This document shows positions 50,563-58,798 of a stretch of DNA of 64,000 nt, in pieces. Positions within the stretch are counted from its first letter, which is position 1. The number at the start of each line of letters is the position of its first letter. The notes beneath the pieces were generated by a model. That model did no database searches and had not been told where the DNA came from. It saw only the letters and a list, made by a program, of their open reading frames with translations. A program made the position numbers and the translations under genes. Origin of the DNA: Acidimicrobiia bacterium (GTDB lineage: Bacteria > Actinomycetota > Acidimicrobiia > Acidimicrobiales > JBBSGY01); assembly GCA_039812705.1 (NCBI GenBank), contig JBDIBA010000002.1, positions 988-64,987 on the forward strand. The letters run 5' to 3'.

Positions 50563-51123
50563 ATGGATGACAAGTTTGAGAGCCGATCGGGCACGAAGCT
50601 CCAAATGCTTGTTGCCAGTTTGCGTGAAGACATTCCCATTTCATTCCATGGGTTGTTTGTGAACCGCATTGCAGCGTCGATTGTCATGCCTCGCGTTCTT
50701 CGATACGCCATCTATCGCGCGGCGGGCATGCGCTTGCAGTCGGCGAACATTTTTTATGGCGCTCAGTTCGCGGCGCGGCGCGTCACGTTGGGTCAGCGCA
50801 CTTTTGTCAACACCAACGTCAAGTTTGAAGACGTTGCACCCATTGAGATCGGTGACGATTGTCAGATTGGCATGGAAGTGATGTTTGTCACTTCTCATCA
50901 CGACTTTCGTGACGGACGCATTTCCAAGGTTCCCGAGCCACGCAAGATTGTTGTTGGAGACCGCTGTTGGATTGGCGCGCGGGCAACGATTCTGCCCGGT
51001 GTCGAGATTGCCAGTGACTGTGTAATTGCAGCTGGTGCTGTCGTTACGCGCAGCGTTTCCGAAGCGGGTGTCTATGCAGGTGTTCCTGCGCGCAAGATCC
51101 GCGACTTGAAACCGCACAATTGA
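50563..51123 (+). CDS. left-handed beta-helix (hexapeptide-repeat) O-acetyltransferase
   Basis: 186 aa. Contains IGDDCQIGMEVMFVTSHH...VVGDRCWIGARATILPGVEIASDCVIAAGAVVT, which is maltose/galactoside acetyltransferase-like. Confidence 0.8.
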   Translation: MDDKFESRSGTKLQMLVASLREDIPISFHGLFVNRIAASIVMPRVLRYAIYRAAGMRLQSANIFYGAQFAARRVTLGQRTFVNTNVKFEDVAPIEIGDDCQIGMEVMFVTSHHDFRDGRISKVPEPRKIVVGDRCWIGARATILPGVEIASDCVIAAGAVVTRSVSEAGVYAGVPARKIRDLKPHN

Positions 51124-51197
51124 TTTGAGAAAACATGGTGCATGTCTAAGGCGGACATGTAAGGATCAGCGCAAGTCGACTCGCACAAAGGGTTTTC

Positions 51198-51971
51198 ATG
51201 TCAACTACTGATTCTACGGCGGTTCACGTCGAGACCAACCAGCCCGCCGTACGCGCTGTGAATGTTAAGCGAACGTACGGTAACGGTGACGCTGCAGTTC
51301 AAGCGCTCGATGACGTTTCGGTCGAGTTTGAACAAGGCAAGTTCACCGCAATAATGGGCCCTTCCGGTTCCGGAAAGTCCACCCTCATGCACGTGATGGC
51401 CGGTCTGGACAAGATCACCGCCGGTGAATTGTTCATTGGGGACACTCAAATCACAAGCCTTAAGGAAAAGCAGCTGACGGCTATTCGTCGCGATCGCATC
51501 GGCTTTGTTTTTCAGACCTTCAACCTCATTCCAACGCTGACCGCGCAGGAAAACATCGAGCTACCCATCAAGCTGGCGGGCAAGAAAACGGACAGCGCCT
51601 GGTTCGACACCGTTATCAAGATGGTTGACCTGCGTAATCGCCTGTCTCACAAGCCCAGCGAACTGTCTGGTGGTCAACAACAGCGTGTTGCCGTTGCACG
51701 CGCACTTGTGTCCAAGCCACAGATCATTTTTGCCGACGAGCCAACTGGAAACCTTGACTCTCGCTCAGGAACAGAAGTGTTGAAGTTCCTGCGTGAGGCC
51801 GTCGACACGCACGGTCAAACCATCGTCATGGTTACTCACGATGCCAACGCAGCTAGTTATGCAGACCGCGCCGTGTTCTTGAGCGACGGCAAGGTTGTCG
51901 ACGACATTGACAAGCCAACGCGAGAATCCTTGGTTGCGAAGTTTGCGGGACCTGATGGAACAACTGCCTGA
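51198..51971 (+). CDS. ABC transporter ATP-binding protein (MacB/LolD-type)
   Basis: 257 aa. Walker A is GPSGSGKST, the signature is LSGGQQQRVAVARAL and Walker B is IIFADEPTGNLD. Confidence 0.92.
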   Translation: MSTTDSTAVHVETNQPAVRAVNVKRTYGNGDAAVQALDDVSVEFEQGKFTAIMGPSGSGKSTLMHVMAGLDKITAGELFIGDTQITSLKEKQLTAIRRDRIGFVFQTFNLIPTLTAQENIELPIKLAGKKTDSAWFDTVIKMVDLRNRLSHKPSELSGGQQQRVAVARALVSKPQIIFADEPTGNLDSRSGTEVLKFLREAVDTHGQTIVMVTHDANAASYADRAVFLSDGKVVDDIDKPTRESLVAKFAGPDGTTA

Positions 51972-54529
51972 TGTTTCGCCTAACTCTTAAAAACTTGTTT
52001 GCGCGCAAGCTGCGCGCACTTAGCACTGCAACTGCGGTTCTTTTAGGTGTTGCATTCATTGTTGGTTCGCTTGGCCTCGGCAACATCATCAACAAGACGT
52101 TTGACTCTGTTTTTGACGGTGTGTACGAAGGCGTGGACGTCGTTGTGCGTGGCGAGGAAAAGACGATTGAGCTTTACGAAGGCTTTACCGAACGCCAATC
52201 GCTCGACACAGCTGTTGTTCAGCGAATCGAAGCGCTGCCCGAGGTCAAGCGTGTTGAGCGCAATTACGTAGTTTCAGCTCGACTCGTCGGATCCGACGGC
52301 AAAGTTGTCGGCGGTGGCGCCGGCCCTCCTGCTCTAGGTCGCAACTGGACAGACGAGATGAACCCTTTCAAGATTTCAGAGGGTCGCGTGCCTCAGTCCG
52401 ATGACGAGTTCGTGGCCGATGCCGGAACCGTCGACATGGCAAATGCAAAGGTTGGGCAGACCTACACCATCCTGACCGACAAGGCTCCAATTCAGGCGAA
52501 GCTCGTCGGTGTTGTCAAGTTTGGTGATCTTGAAAGTGCGGGTGGCGAAAGTGACTTGTTGTTCACGACGGCCCGAGCCATTTCGCTCAATCAGGACGGC
52601 GACAAGCCTGCGGAGGTGACTATTGCTGCAAAGGACGCCGATGCATCCGACGCAGTGTTGCGAGACAAGGTTCGTACTGCAGCTGCCAACCCAGCGTTGT
52701 TGATTGAGACCGCCGCGAAGGTCGCAGAGGACGACAGCTCTGAATTGAAGAAGAACCTGTCGTTCATTTCAATGATTCCGCTTATCTTCGGAATCATCTC
52801 GGTTGTTGTTGCTGCATTCATCATCAACAACACCTTTGCCATTCTCTTGGCACAACGAACCCGTGAAATGGCGCTGTTGCGCGCGGTTGGTGCGCGTCGT
52901 CGTCAGGTGTTGGCTTCAGTTGTTTTCGAGTCGTTCATCATCGGACTCATCTCATCGGTCCTTGGCATCATCCTCGGACTCTTCGTTGCGAAAGGTCTCG
53001 CGGCGCTGTTGAACAAGTTCGTGGCAGATTTCCCAAGTACTGGTTTGCCATTGACCGTGCAAATGGTGGTCGTCGGTCTACTCGTAGGTGTTCTGGTCAC
53101 GATGTTGGCTGCGTTCTTGCCTGCGTGGAGGGCTTCTCGAGTCCCGCCGTTGGCTGCGTTGCGCGATGTCGCTGTCGACAAGACATCAAGTTCAATCGTG
53201 CGCGCCATCTTCGGTCTGCTGGCACTCGTGCTTGCGGTCGTAACCAGTGTCATGGCATTCAACGTCGAAGAACGCCAGATTGTTTGGGTTGGCTTGGGTT
53301 CGTTGTTCGCCGTCCTGGCCGCCTACATTCTCGGCCCCTTCTATGCGCGTTGGCTCGGGTCGGCACTTGGTTGGCTCCCGGCGGTTATTCGGGGCGTTCC
53401 AGGTTCCTTGGCGCGCAAGAACTCGGTGCGTAACCCTCGGCGTGCTGCATCAACTGCGTCGGCATTGTTGATCGGTGTGACTTTGGTCACTGCAACCTTT
53501 GTGTTTGTTTCGTCATTCGAGGCGTTCATCAAAAAGACAGTTGACCGTACGGTTAGCGGTGACTTTGTTCTCATGCAGATGACTGGCGAAGGAACATTTG
53601 ACGGCGCAATTGCTGAGCAGTTGAAAGGCAAGAGCGAACTCAAGAGCGTCGTTGGATTTGGTGCGTTGGCTGTTCAGCTCAAGCTTCCTAACGGGTCCAC
53701 CGCAAACTACCCATACGCAACAGCAGTCGCCCCCGCAGATGCCGAGCGCTTGATGGAGATCAAGATGACGTCAGGAAAGTTCACGGACATCAACGGCAAC
53801 GCATTTGGCGTCACAAAGAAGGTTGCCGAAGATAAGGGCTTGAAGTTGGGCGACAGCATCCAAGTGTTGGACAACTCCGGAAGATCCGTAGCGATGAAGC
53901 TCGGCGCGATTTACGACGGGACCGAACTCCTTGGTCCGATCACCTTGAACAAGGAGTTTGCAAAGACCGCGTTCGGTGTCGACCGGGACAACATGGTGTT
54001 GGTCGCAAAGAAGGACGACGTTTCGGTTCCTACTGCAACGGCGGCAATCGAATCCGTAACCGACCCGTACGTAGAGGTTCAGGTGCAGGACAAGGCTCAA
54101 TTGCGCAAGGCAATCACCAGCCAAGTAAACATCTTTTTGAATGTCATTCTTGGCTTGTTGTCATTGGCGATCATCATCGCGCTGTTTGGAATTGCCAACA
54201 CTCTTGCGTTGGCAGTATTCGAACGTAAGCACGAAATTGGTTTGCTCCGCGCAGTTGGAATGTCACGCTCGCAAACTCGTTCGATGATTCGCTGGGAGGC
54301 CATTGTCATCTCCCTCATTGGAACGGTCGTCGGGTTGTTGCTCGGCGTATTGATCGGCTTGATGCTTGTGAGGTCTCTCAAGGACGAAGGCTTCACCGAG
54401 CTGTCAGTTCCTTACATGTCGCTCTTGTGGGTGACCATCGGCGCAATGGTTGCGGGCTTTATTGCGGCGGTTCTGCCGGCTCGTCGTGCGGGCCGCACCG
54501 ACGTGTTGCAAGCAATCGCGTCCGATTGA
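51971..54529 (+). CDS. ABC transporter permease with two FtsX-like modules
   Basis: 852 aa. It shows two repeats of the pattern TM, large extracytoplasmic domain, then 3 TM segments (REMALLRAVGARRRQV and HEIGLLRAVGMSRSQT). The ATG overlaps the ATPase stop (TGATG). Confidence 0.85.
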   Translation: MFRLTLKNLFARKLRALSTATAVLLGVAFIVGSLGLGNIINKTFDSVFDGVYEGVDVVVRGEEKTIELYEGFTERQSLDTAVVQRIEALPEVKRVERNYVVSARLVGSDGKVVGGGAGPPALGRNWTDEMNPFKISEGRVPQSDDEFVADAGTVDMANAKVGQTYTILTDKAPIQAKLVGVVKFGDLESAGGESDLLFTTARAISLNQDGDKPAEVTIAAKDADASDAVLRDKVRTAAANPALLIETAAKVAEDDSSELKKNLSFISMIPLIFGIISVVVAAFIINNTFAILLAQRTREMALLRAVGARRRQVLASVVFESFIIGLISSVLGIILGLFVAKGLAALLNKFVADFPSTGLPLTVQMVVVGLLVGVLVTMLAAFLPAWRASRVPPLAALRDVAVDKTSSSIVRAIFGLLALVLAVVTSVMAFNVEERQIVWVGLGSLFAVLAAYILGPFYARWLGSALGWLPAVIRGVPGSLARKNSVRNPRRAASTASALLIGVTLVTATFVFVSSFEAFIKKTVDRTVSGDFVLMQMTGEGTFDGAIAEQLKGKSELKSVVGFGALAVQLKLPNGSTANYPYATAVAPADAERLMEIKMTSGKFTDINGNAFGVTKKVAEDKGLKLGDSIQVLDNSGRSVAMKLGAIYDGTELLGPITLNKEFAKTAFGVDRDNMVLVAKKDDVSVPTATAAIESVTDPYVEVQVQDKAQLRKAITSQVNIFLNVILGLLSLAIIIALFGIANTLALAVFERKHEIGLLRAVGMSRSQTRSMIRWEAIVISLIGTVVGLLLGVLIGLMLVRSLKDEGFTELSVPYMSLLWVTIGAMVAGFIAAVLPARRAGRTDVLQAIASD

Positions 54530-54534
54530 TAGTT

Positions 54535-54590
54535 GGAAGTCGAGCTTTACCTGCAACCGGCCTCGGCTTACGCGGGTAAAGCTCACTTCC
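54535..54590 (+). terminator. long imperfect hairpin after the ABC permease gene
   Basis: The arms ggaagt(c)gagctttacc and ggtaaagctcacttcc form a 16-bp stem with one bulge and a loop of about 23 nt. It begins 6 nt after the stop, and no U-tract follows. Confidence 0.4.
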
Positions 54591-54630
54591 AGTGACTGCA
54601 GCTTGGTCTTTGACTATGCTGCGGCGCGCT

Positions 54631-54702
54631 GCCCTCTTAGCTCAGTGGTAGAGCACCTCCATGGTAAGGAGGGGGTCCCGGGTTCAATCCCCGGAGAGGG
54701 CT
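54631..54702 (+). tRNA. tRNA-Thr (anticodon GGT)
   Basis: The sequence is GCCCTCTTAGCTCAGTGGTAGAGCACCTCCATGGTAAGGAGGGGGTCCCGGGTTCAATCCCCGGAGAGGGCT. It folds by hand into a cloverleaf with anticodon loop ATGGTAA. Confidence 0.95.
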
Positions 54703-54714
54703 CTCCGGTTTCGT

Positions 54715-54877
54715 CTGGCTGTGTTGGCTTTGTCCTTGCGGGCCATGTGTCCGCGGCGTCCGCGCCGGCCTTGCCAGACAAAACCGTTCCGGTCGTCCAA
54801 CCCTGGCTGTGTTGGCTTTGTCCTTGCGGGCCATGTGTCCGCGGCGTCCGCGCCGGCCTTGCCAGACAAAACCGTTC
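54715..54877. repeat. two perfect 75-bp direct repeats separated by 13 bp
   Basis: Copy 1 (54715-54789) and copy 2 (54803-54877) are both ctggctgtgttggctttgtccttgcgggccatgtgtccgcggcgtccgcgccggccttgccagacaaaaccgttc. I compared them base by base. Confidence 0.9.
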
Positions 54878-54927
54878 TTCGCGTTCAACGTCGCGCGTCG
54901 ACTAGATCGACTAGAAATAGTGGCCGC

Positions 54928-55001
54928 GGCGGCGTAGCTCAGTTGGTAAGAGCGCTCGGCTCATAATCGAGAGGTCGGCGGTTCGAGCCCGCCCGCCGCT
55001 A
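54928..55001 (+). tRNA. tRNA-Met (anticodon CAT; elongator type, or possibly Ile2 if lysidinylated)
   Basis: The sequence is GGCGGCGTAGCTCAGTTGGTAAGAGCGCTCGGCTCATAATCGAGAGGTCGGCGGTTCGAGCCCGCCCGCCGCTA. The anticodon loop is CTCATAA and there is no GGG/CCC initiator signature in the anticodon stem. Confidence 0.9.
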
Positions 55002-55040
55002 CGCAGTAACTATTAACGCCTCTAAGGGAGCAGAAAGACA

Positions 55041-56228
55041 ATGGCAAAGAAAGCCTTCGAGCGCACCAAGACGCACCTCAACGTTGGAACCATGGGTCAC
55101 ATTGACCACGGCAAGACAACTCTGACTGCTGCAATCACCAAGGTGCTGCACGACAAGGTTCCTGGTAACGACTTCACCGACTTTGCCAACATCGACAAAG
55201 CTCCTGAAGAGCGTCAACGAGGCATCACAATCTCAATTGCTCACGTTGAATACCAGACAGAGAACCGCCACTATGCACACGTCGACATGCCTGGTCACGC
55301 CGACTACGTGAAGAACATGATCACCGGTGCTGCTCAAGTAGACGGTGCCATCTTGGTTGTTAGTGCAGCAGACGGTCCTATGCCTCAGACAAGAGAACAC
55401 GTTCTTCTTGCTCGCCAGGTTGGTGTTCCATACATCGTTGTCGCTCTCAACAAAGCAGACATGGTCGACGACGAAGAACTCCTTGACCTAGTCGAACTAG
55501 AAGTTCGTGAACTTCTCAACGAAAACGAGTTCCCTGGAGACGACACTCCAATTACTCGTGTATCTGCTCTTAAGGCTCTCGAAGGAGACGAAGAGTGGGC
55601 AAACAAGATCATGGAACTCATGACAAGTGTTGACGAGTACATCCCAGAACCATCTCGTGACACAGACAACCCATTCAGAATGCCTATCGAAGACGTCTTC
55701 ACCATTCAGGGTCGTGGAACCGTTGTAACCGGTGCCATTGAACAAGGCGTTGTCAAGACAGGTGACGAAATCGAAATCGTTGGTCTTCGCAACACCCAAA
55801 AGACCACCTGCACCGGTGTTGAAATGTTCCGCAAGAGCCTCGACGAAGGTCGTGCTGGAGAAAACGTTGGTGTTCTCCTTCGTGGAACCAAGAAAGACGA
55901 AGTTGAACGAGGACAAGTTCTCTGCAAGCCAGGAAGCATTACTCCTCACACAGACTTCCAAGCTCAGGTCTATGTCCTAAGCAAGGAAGAAGGAGGCCGT
56001 CACAAGCCTTTCTTCAACAACTACCGCCCTCAGTTCTACTTCCGCACAACTGACGTCACCGGAATGATCAAGCTTCCAGAAGGAACAGAAATGGTCATGC
56101 CTGGCGACAACATCGAAATGACAGTTGAGCTCGGCAAGCCAATTGCCATGGAAGAAGGCCTCCGCTTCGCTATCCGCGAAGGTGGCCGCACTGTTGGTGC
56201 TGGTCGAGTCACCAAGATCATCAAGTAA
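55041..56228 (+). CDS. tuf: elongation factor Tu
   Basis: 395 aa. Contains [40 protein letters not shown] and NKADMVDD. Confidence 0.98.
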   Translation: MAKKAFERTKTHLNVGTMGHIDHGKTTLTAAITKVLHDKVPGNDFTDFANIDKAPEERQRGITISIAHVEYQTENRHYAHVDMPGHADYVKNMITGAAQVDGAILVVSAADGPMPQTREHVLLARQVGVPYIVVALNKADMVDDEELLDLVELEVRELLNENEFPGDDTPITRVSALKALEGDEEWANKIMELMTSVDEYIPEPSRDTDNPFRMPIEDVFTIQGRGTVVTGAIEQGVVKTGDEIEIVGLRNTQKTTCTGVEMFRKSLDEGRAGENVGVLLRGTKKDEVERGQVLCKPGSITPHTDFQAQVYVLSKEEGGRHKPFFNNYRPQFYFRTTDVTGMIKLPEGTEMVMPGDNIEMTVELGKPIAMEEGLRFAIREGGRTVGAGRVTKIIK

Positions 56229-56683
56229 TGCGGCTCAAGACACTTAATCCTCGCGCCCGGCCCTCGGCAGTCGGAGCCCCTGTCGGGTCTCCTCCTCTCG
56301 GGCCGATCGGCGCAGCGGATGAAGTGTCTTGGCCTTAGCATTTAAGAGCGCTTGGCCCCAGGTCTGGTTTCGCTCGAATAGGGCTTGGCACTTCGTGTTC
56401 AGGTCCAGGCGTTTGTTGTTTCAGGGCCTTTTCGTCGTGTCTTGACCTTTCATACGCCGAAAGATCAGGGCGCATCCGTGTTTTGGCGGCGAGAATCTTG
56501 CAGGAAACGCCCCAAAAGCTCGCCGTTCTGCAAGAAAAACCGATACCGAAGCCCGCCGAAGCCCGCGAAACCCGCGGTAAGTCGTGCCGGACGAGAGAGA
56601 CGGGCGCGAACGCGTGGGACGGCGAATCGCTGTAGAGTCTTGGCCCAAGGTCTCGTGGTTGGAAATTTCGCAGGAGAGAAGCA

Positions 56684-56848
56684 ATGGCAAAGAACGAAAA
56701 GCGCATCAACGTCACACTCGCGTGTGAACAATGCAAGCGACGTAACTACATCACCAAGAAGAACAAGATCAACGATCGCGAACGCATCGAAATGAAGAAG
56801 TTCTGCAAGTGGGACCGCGCACACACCATGCACAAGGAAACGCGCTGA
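56684..56848 (+). CDS. rpmG: 50S ribosomal protein L33
   Basis: 54 aa, below the ORF-track cutoff and found by manual translation: [54 protein letters not shown]. An SD gcaggagag lies 7 nt upstream. Confidence 0.85.
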   Translation: MAKNEKRINVTLACEQCKRRNYITKKNKINDRERIEMKKFCKWDRAHTMHKETR

Positions 56849-57309
56849 GCACTTCCTTCCAGCCTGCACCTACACGCGAACGCCCGCTCGCCCCGGCCCC
56901 ATTGCCGGTGTTGGCGGGTGTTTTTGTTGCATCTCTGCCCGCGTCTCTGCTCATTTCTGAAGCACTCGACAACGATTGGCTGCGGATATTTCTGTTCCTT
57001 GGTCTGATGGGGGCTTGCGCAGTAGCCCTCAACAAGGCTGGGCGCCAAGCCGCCGAACAAGATCCTCACCCGCTGTGGTTTGATCAGCGGCTCCCAACCG
57101 AAAAGTCCTTTCTGCGAGTCGCGCTCATCAGCCTCACCTTGATTGCCATCACCGTGACGGCAATCGTCACGGCAAAGCCGGATTCCTTCGGGTCGCCGTT
57201 TCCATACATGGCTGCGGCATCGTTCCTTTACCTCGTCGTTCCTCAGCTCATTGCACGCGATGTGCGGCGCAAGTACGACCGCCGACAGTCCTCGCACCAC
57301 GTTCCGTAA
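56809..57309 (+). CDS. hypothetical membrane protein (start uncertain)
   Basis: The ORF has 3-4 hydrophobic segments ([61 protein letters not shown]). The listed start overlaps the rpmG end, so the true start is probably downstream. No family was recognised. Confidence 0.35.
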   Translation: MGPRTHHAQGNALSTSFQPAPTRERPLAPAPLPVLAGVFVASLPASLLISEALDNDWLRIFLFLGLMGACAVALNKAGRQAAEQDPHPLWFDQRLPTEKSFLRVALISLTLIAITVTAIVTAKPDSFGSPFPYMAAASFLYLVVPQLIARDVRRKYDRRQSSHHVP

Positions 57310-57321
57310 CCTTTTTCTGTC

Positions 57322-57939
57322 GTGTGGGGTCGTAATAGCGGTCAGACGAACCAGATCGATGAGCTGGCAAAGCGGGCGTCGAAGGGCGACCGCAAAGCTT
57401 TCGACGAACTGGTCAGGCTGACGTATTCCGACGCTTTCACACTGGCCATGAGACTCACCAACAACACCGAAGACGCAGCCGACGCAACCCAAGAGGCATA
57501 CGTCCGCATTCAACGCTCCATAACCAAGTTTCGGGGCGACTCCGCATTCGGGACTTGGATGTACAGAGTGGTCGCGAATTGCGCCGCTAACCAGTTGGCT
57601 CGGCGCAACAAGCACAGTCATGACGAACTGGATGCCCACGATGTGGTCGACGTTCGTTCGACGACCGCCACACAGCAGCCGTTGTCGGTTGATCGAGACC
57701 AACTTGCCGAAGCGCTTAAGGAGTTGCCAGACCCGCTGCGCGCAGTGATTGTCCTGCGTGACTTGTACGACATGACACACCGAGACATTGCAGTCGAGCT
57801 CGGAATCAACGAAGCAACCGCAAAAGTGCGACTACATCGTGCAAGGAAAAGCCTCGCCGCCAAGCTGTCCAAGCTTCGCGATCCTGTCGATTCAGACGTC
57901 GGGTCAAGTGAAGAACGAAAGGAGCAGGGCCATGTTTAG
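57322..57939 (+). CDS. ECF-type RNA polymerase sigma factor
   Basis: 205 aa. Region 2 reads FDELVRLTYSDAFTLAMRLTNNTEDAADATQEAYVRIQRSITKFRGDSAFGTWMYRVVAN. Region 4 reads LPDPLRAVIVLRDLYDMTHRDIAVELGINEATAKVRLHRARKSL. Confidence 0.88.
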   Translation: MWGRNSGQTNQIDELAKRASKGDRKAFDELVRLTYSDAFTLAMRLTNNTEDAADATQEAYVRIQRSITKFRGDSAFGTWMYRVVANCAANQLARRNKHSHDELDAHDVVDVRSTTATQQPLSVDRDQLAEALKELPDPLRAVIVLRDLYDMTHRDIAVELGINEATAKVRLHRARKSLAAKLSKLRDPVDSDVGSSEERKEQGHV

Positions 57940-58300
57940 GGGTTCCCACGCTCGCGTTCAAGATGCATTGGCGCTGTTGGTCGACGGTTCCGTGCAGCCA
58001 AGACCCAGAGACCAGCGTCACTTGGCGAGATGCTCGACGTGTCGAAATCAGCTGGCGTATTTCGAAGCAATCCGCACGGCGGCAGGGGAGCTGCAAACCC
58101 GTCAGCTGCAGCCACCCGTTGGCCTGCTTTCAGAGGTCATGCGTTCGCTCGATGAAAACGGTGTGAGAAGCCAGCGAACAAAGCCATTTGGTGTAGCAGC
58201 AGCACTCGGTGGGACTGTGCTGGCGGCCTGTGGCCTGGTCATTTTTGGAAAGAACCGCAATGCAATGTGCGCCATGACAACGCGCTGGCGTCCTTCTTGA
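57932..58300 (+). CDS. ZAS-type anti-sigma factor with a C-terminal TM segment
   Basis: 122 aa from MFRGSH, with SD aaaggag upstream and an 8-nt overlap with the sigma gene. It has the HxxxCxxC motif (HLARCSTC) and a hydrophobic segment FGVAAALGGTVLAACGLVIF. Confidence 0.7.
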   Translation: MFRGSHARVQDALALLVDGSVQPRPRDQRHLARCSTCRNQLAYFEAIRTAAGELQTRQLQPPVGLLSEVMRSLDENGVRSQRTKPFGVAAALGGTVLAACGLVIFGKNRNAMCAMTTRWRPS

Positions 58301-58395
58301 CGCTGCATTGGATGCACGGTCAACGCAACGAGCAGGCCGATGCTCGACCCGCGCACCATTGCCAATGCTACGGTTGGCGCGCGTTAGCCCCTAAA

Positions 58396-58468
58396 TAGGG
58401 CAGTAGCTCAATTGGCAGAGCACTGGTCTCCAAAACCAGCGGTTGGGGGTTCGAGTCCCTCCTGCCCT
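58396..58468 (+). tRNA. tRNA-Trp (anticodon CCA)
   Basis: The sequence is AGGGCAGTAGCTCAATTGGCAGAGCACTGGTCTCCAAAACCAGCGGTTGGGGGTTCGAGTCCCTCCTGCCCTG, with anticodon loop CTCCAAA. Confidence 0.95.
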
Positions 58469-58512
58469 GCTCAACCGTTGGCACGTGTAGTAGCGAACGA
58501 GCAGAGGTCAAA

Positions 58513-58785
58513 GTGTCCCAATACAACGTCGATAGTCATTTACTCCGCTCGCAAGACGTGAGTGACGAACGCCCCGGCCGCAGAGACCCGAATGTCCAAG
58601 AGCGCCGATCCTTCATTAAGTACCTGCAATCCATTTGGCCAGAGCTCAAGAAAGTTCGTTGGCCATCGCGCAAGGAAACCTTCAACTACTCCCTCGTCGT
58701 GCTTTTGACGTTGCTCCTGATGTTGGGGATTATCCTGTTGCTCGACAGCGCGTTCTCCAAGGGCGCAATCTTCTTCTTCAAGTAG
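58513..58785 (+). CDS. secE: preprotein translocase subunit SecE
   Basis: 90 aa. Contains [42 protein letters not shown] and sits in the conserved position between tRNA-Trp and nusG. Confidence 0.85.
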   Translation: MSQYNVDSHLLRSQDVSDERPGRRDPNVQERRSFIKYLQSIWPELKKVRWPSRKETFNYSLVVLLTLLLMLGIILLLDSAFSKGAIFFFK

Positions 58786-58798
58786 GCAATTCATATTC

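Noticed and set aside
54715-54877. Possible CRISPR array
   Set aside because: There are only two repeat copies, each 75 bp long, with a 13-bp spacer. No cas genes are in the window. The geometry is incompatible with CRISPR.
54450-54966. Plus-strand ORFs (151 aa and 101 aa) crossing tRNA-Thr and the 75-bp repeats, producing a duplicated peptide GCVGFVLAGHVSAASAPALPDKTV
   Set aside because: They run through tRNA genes and start inside the ABC permease gene. The repeated peptide is simply the translated DNA repeat, and no RBS or coding signal is present.
56746-57780. 344-aa ORF on the minus strand
   Set aside because: It is fully antisense to the ECF sigma factor gene and the small membrane ORF. 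The translation is Arg/Cys/His/Gln-rich with no recognisable motifs, whereas the plus-strand genes have clear sigma-70 regions 2 and 4. It looks like a GC-driven shadow ORF.
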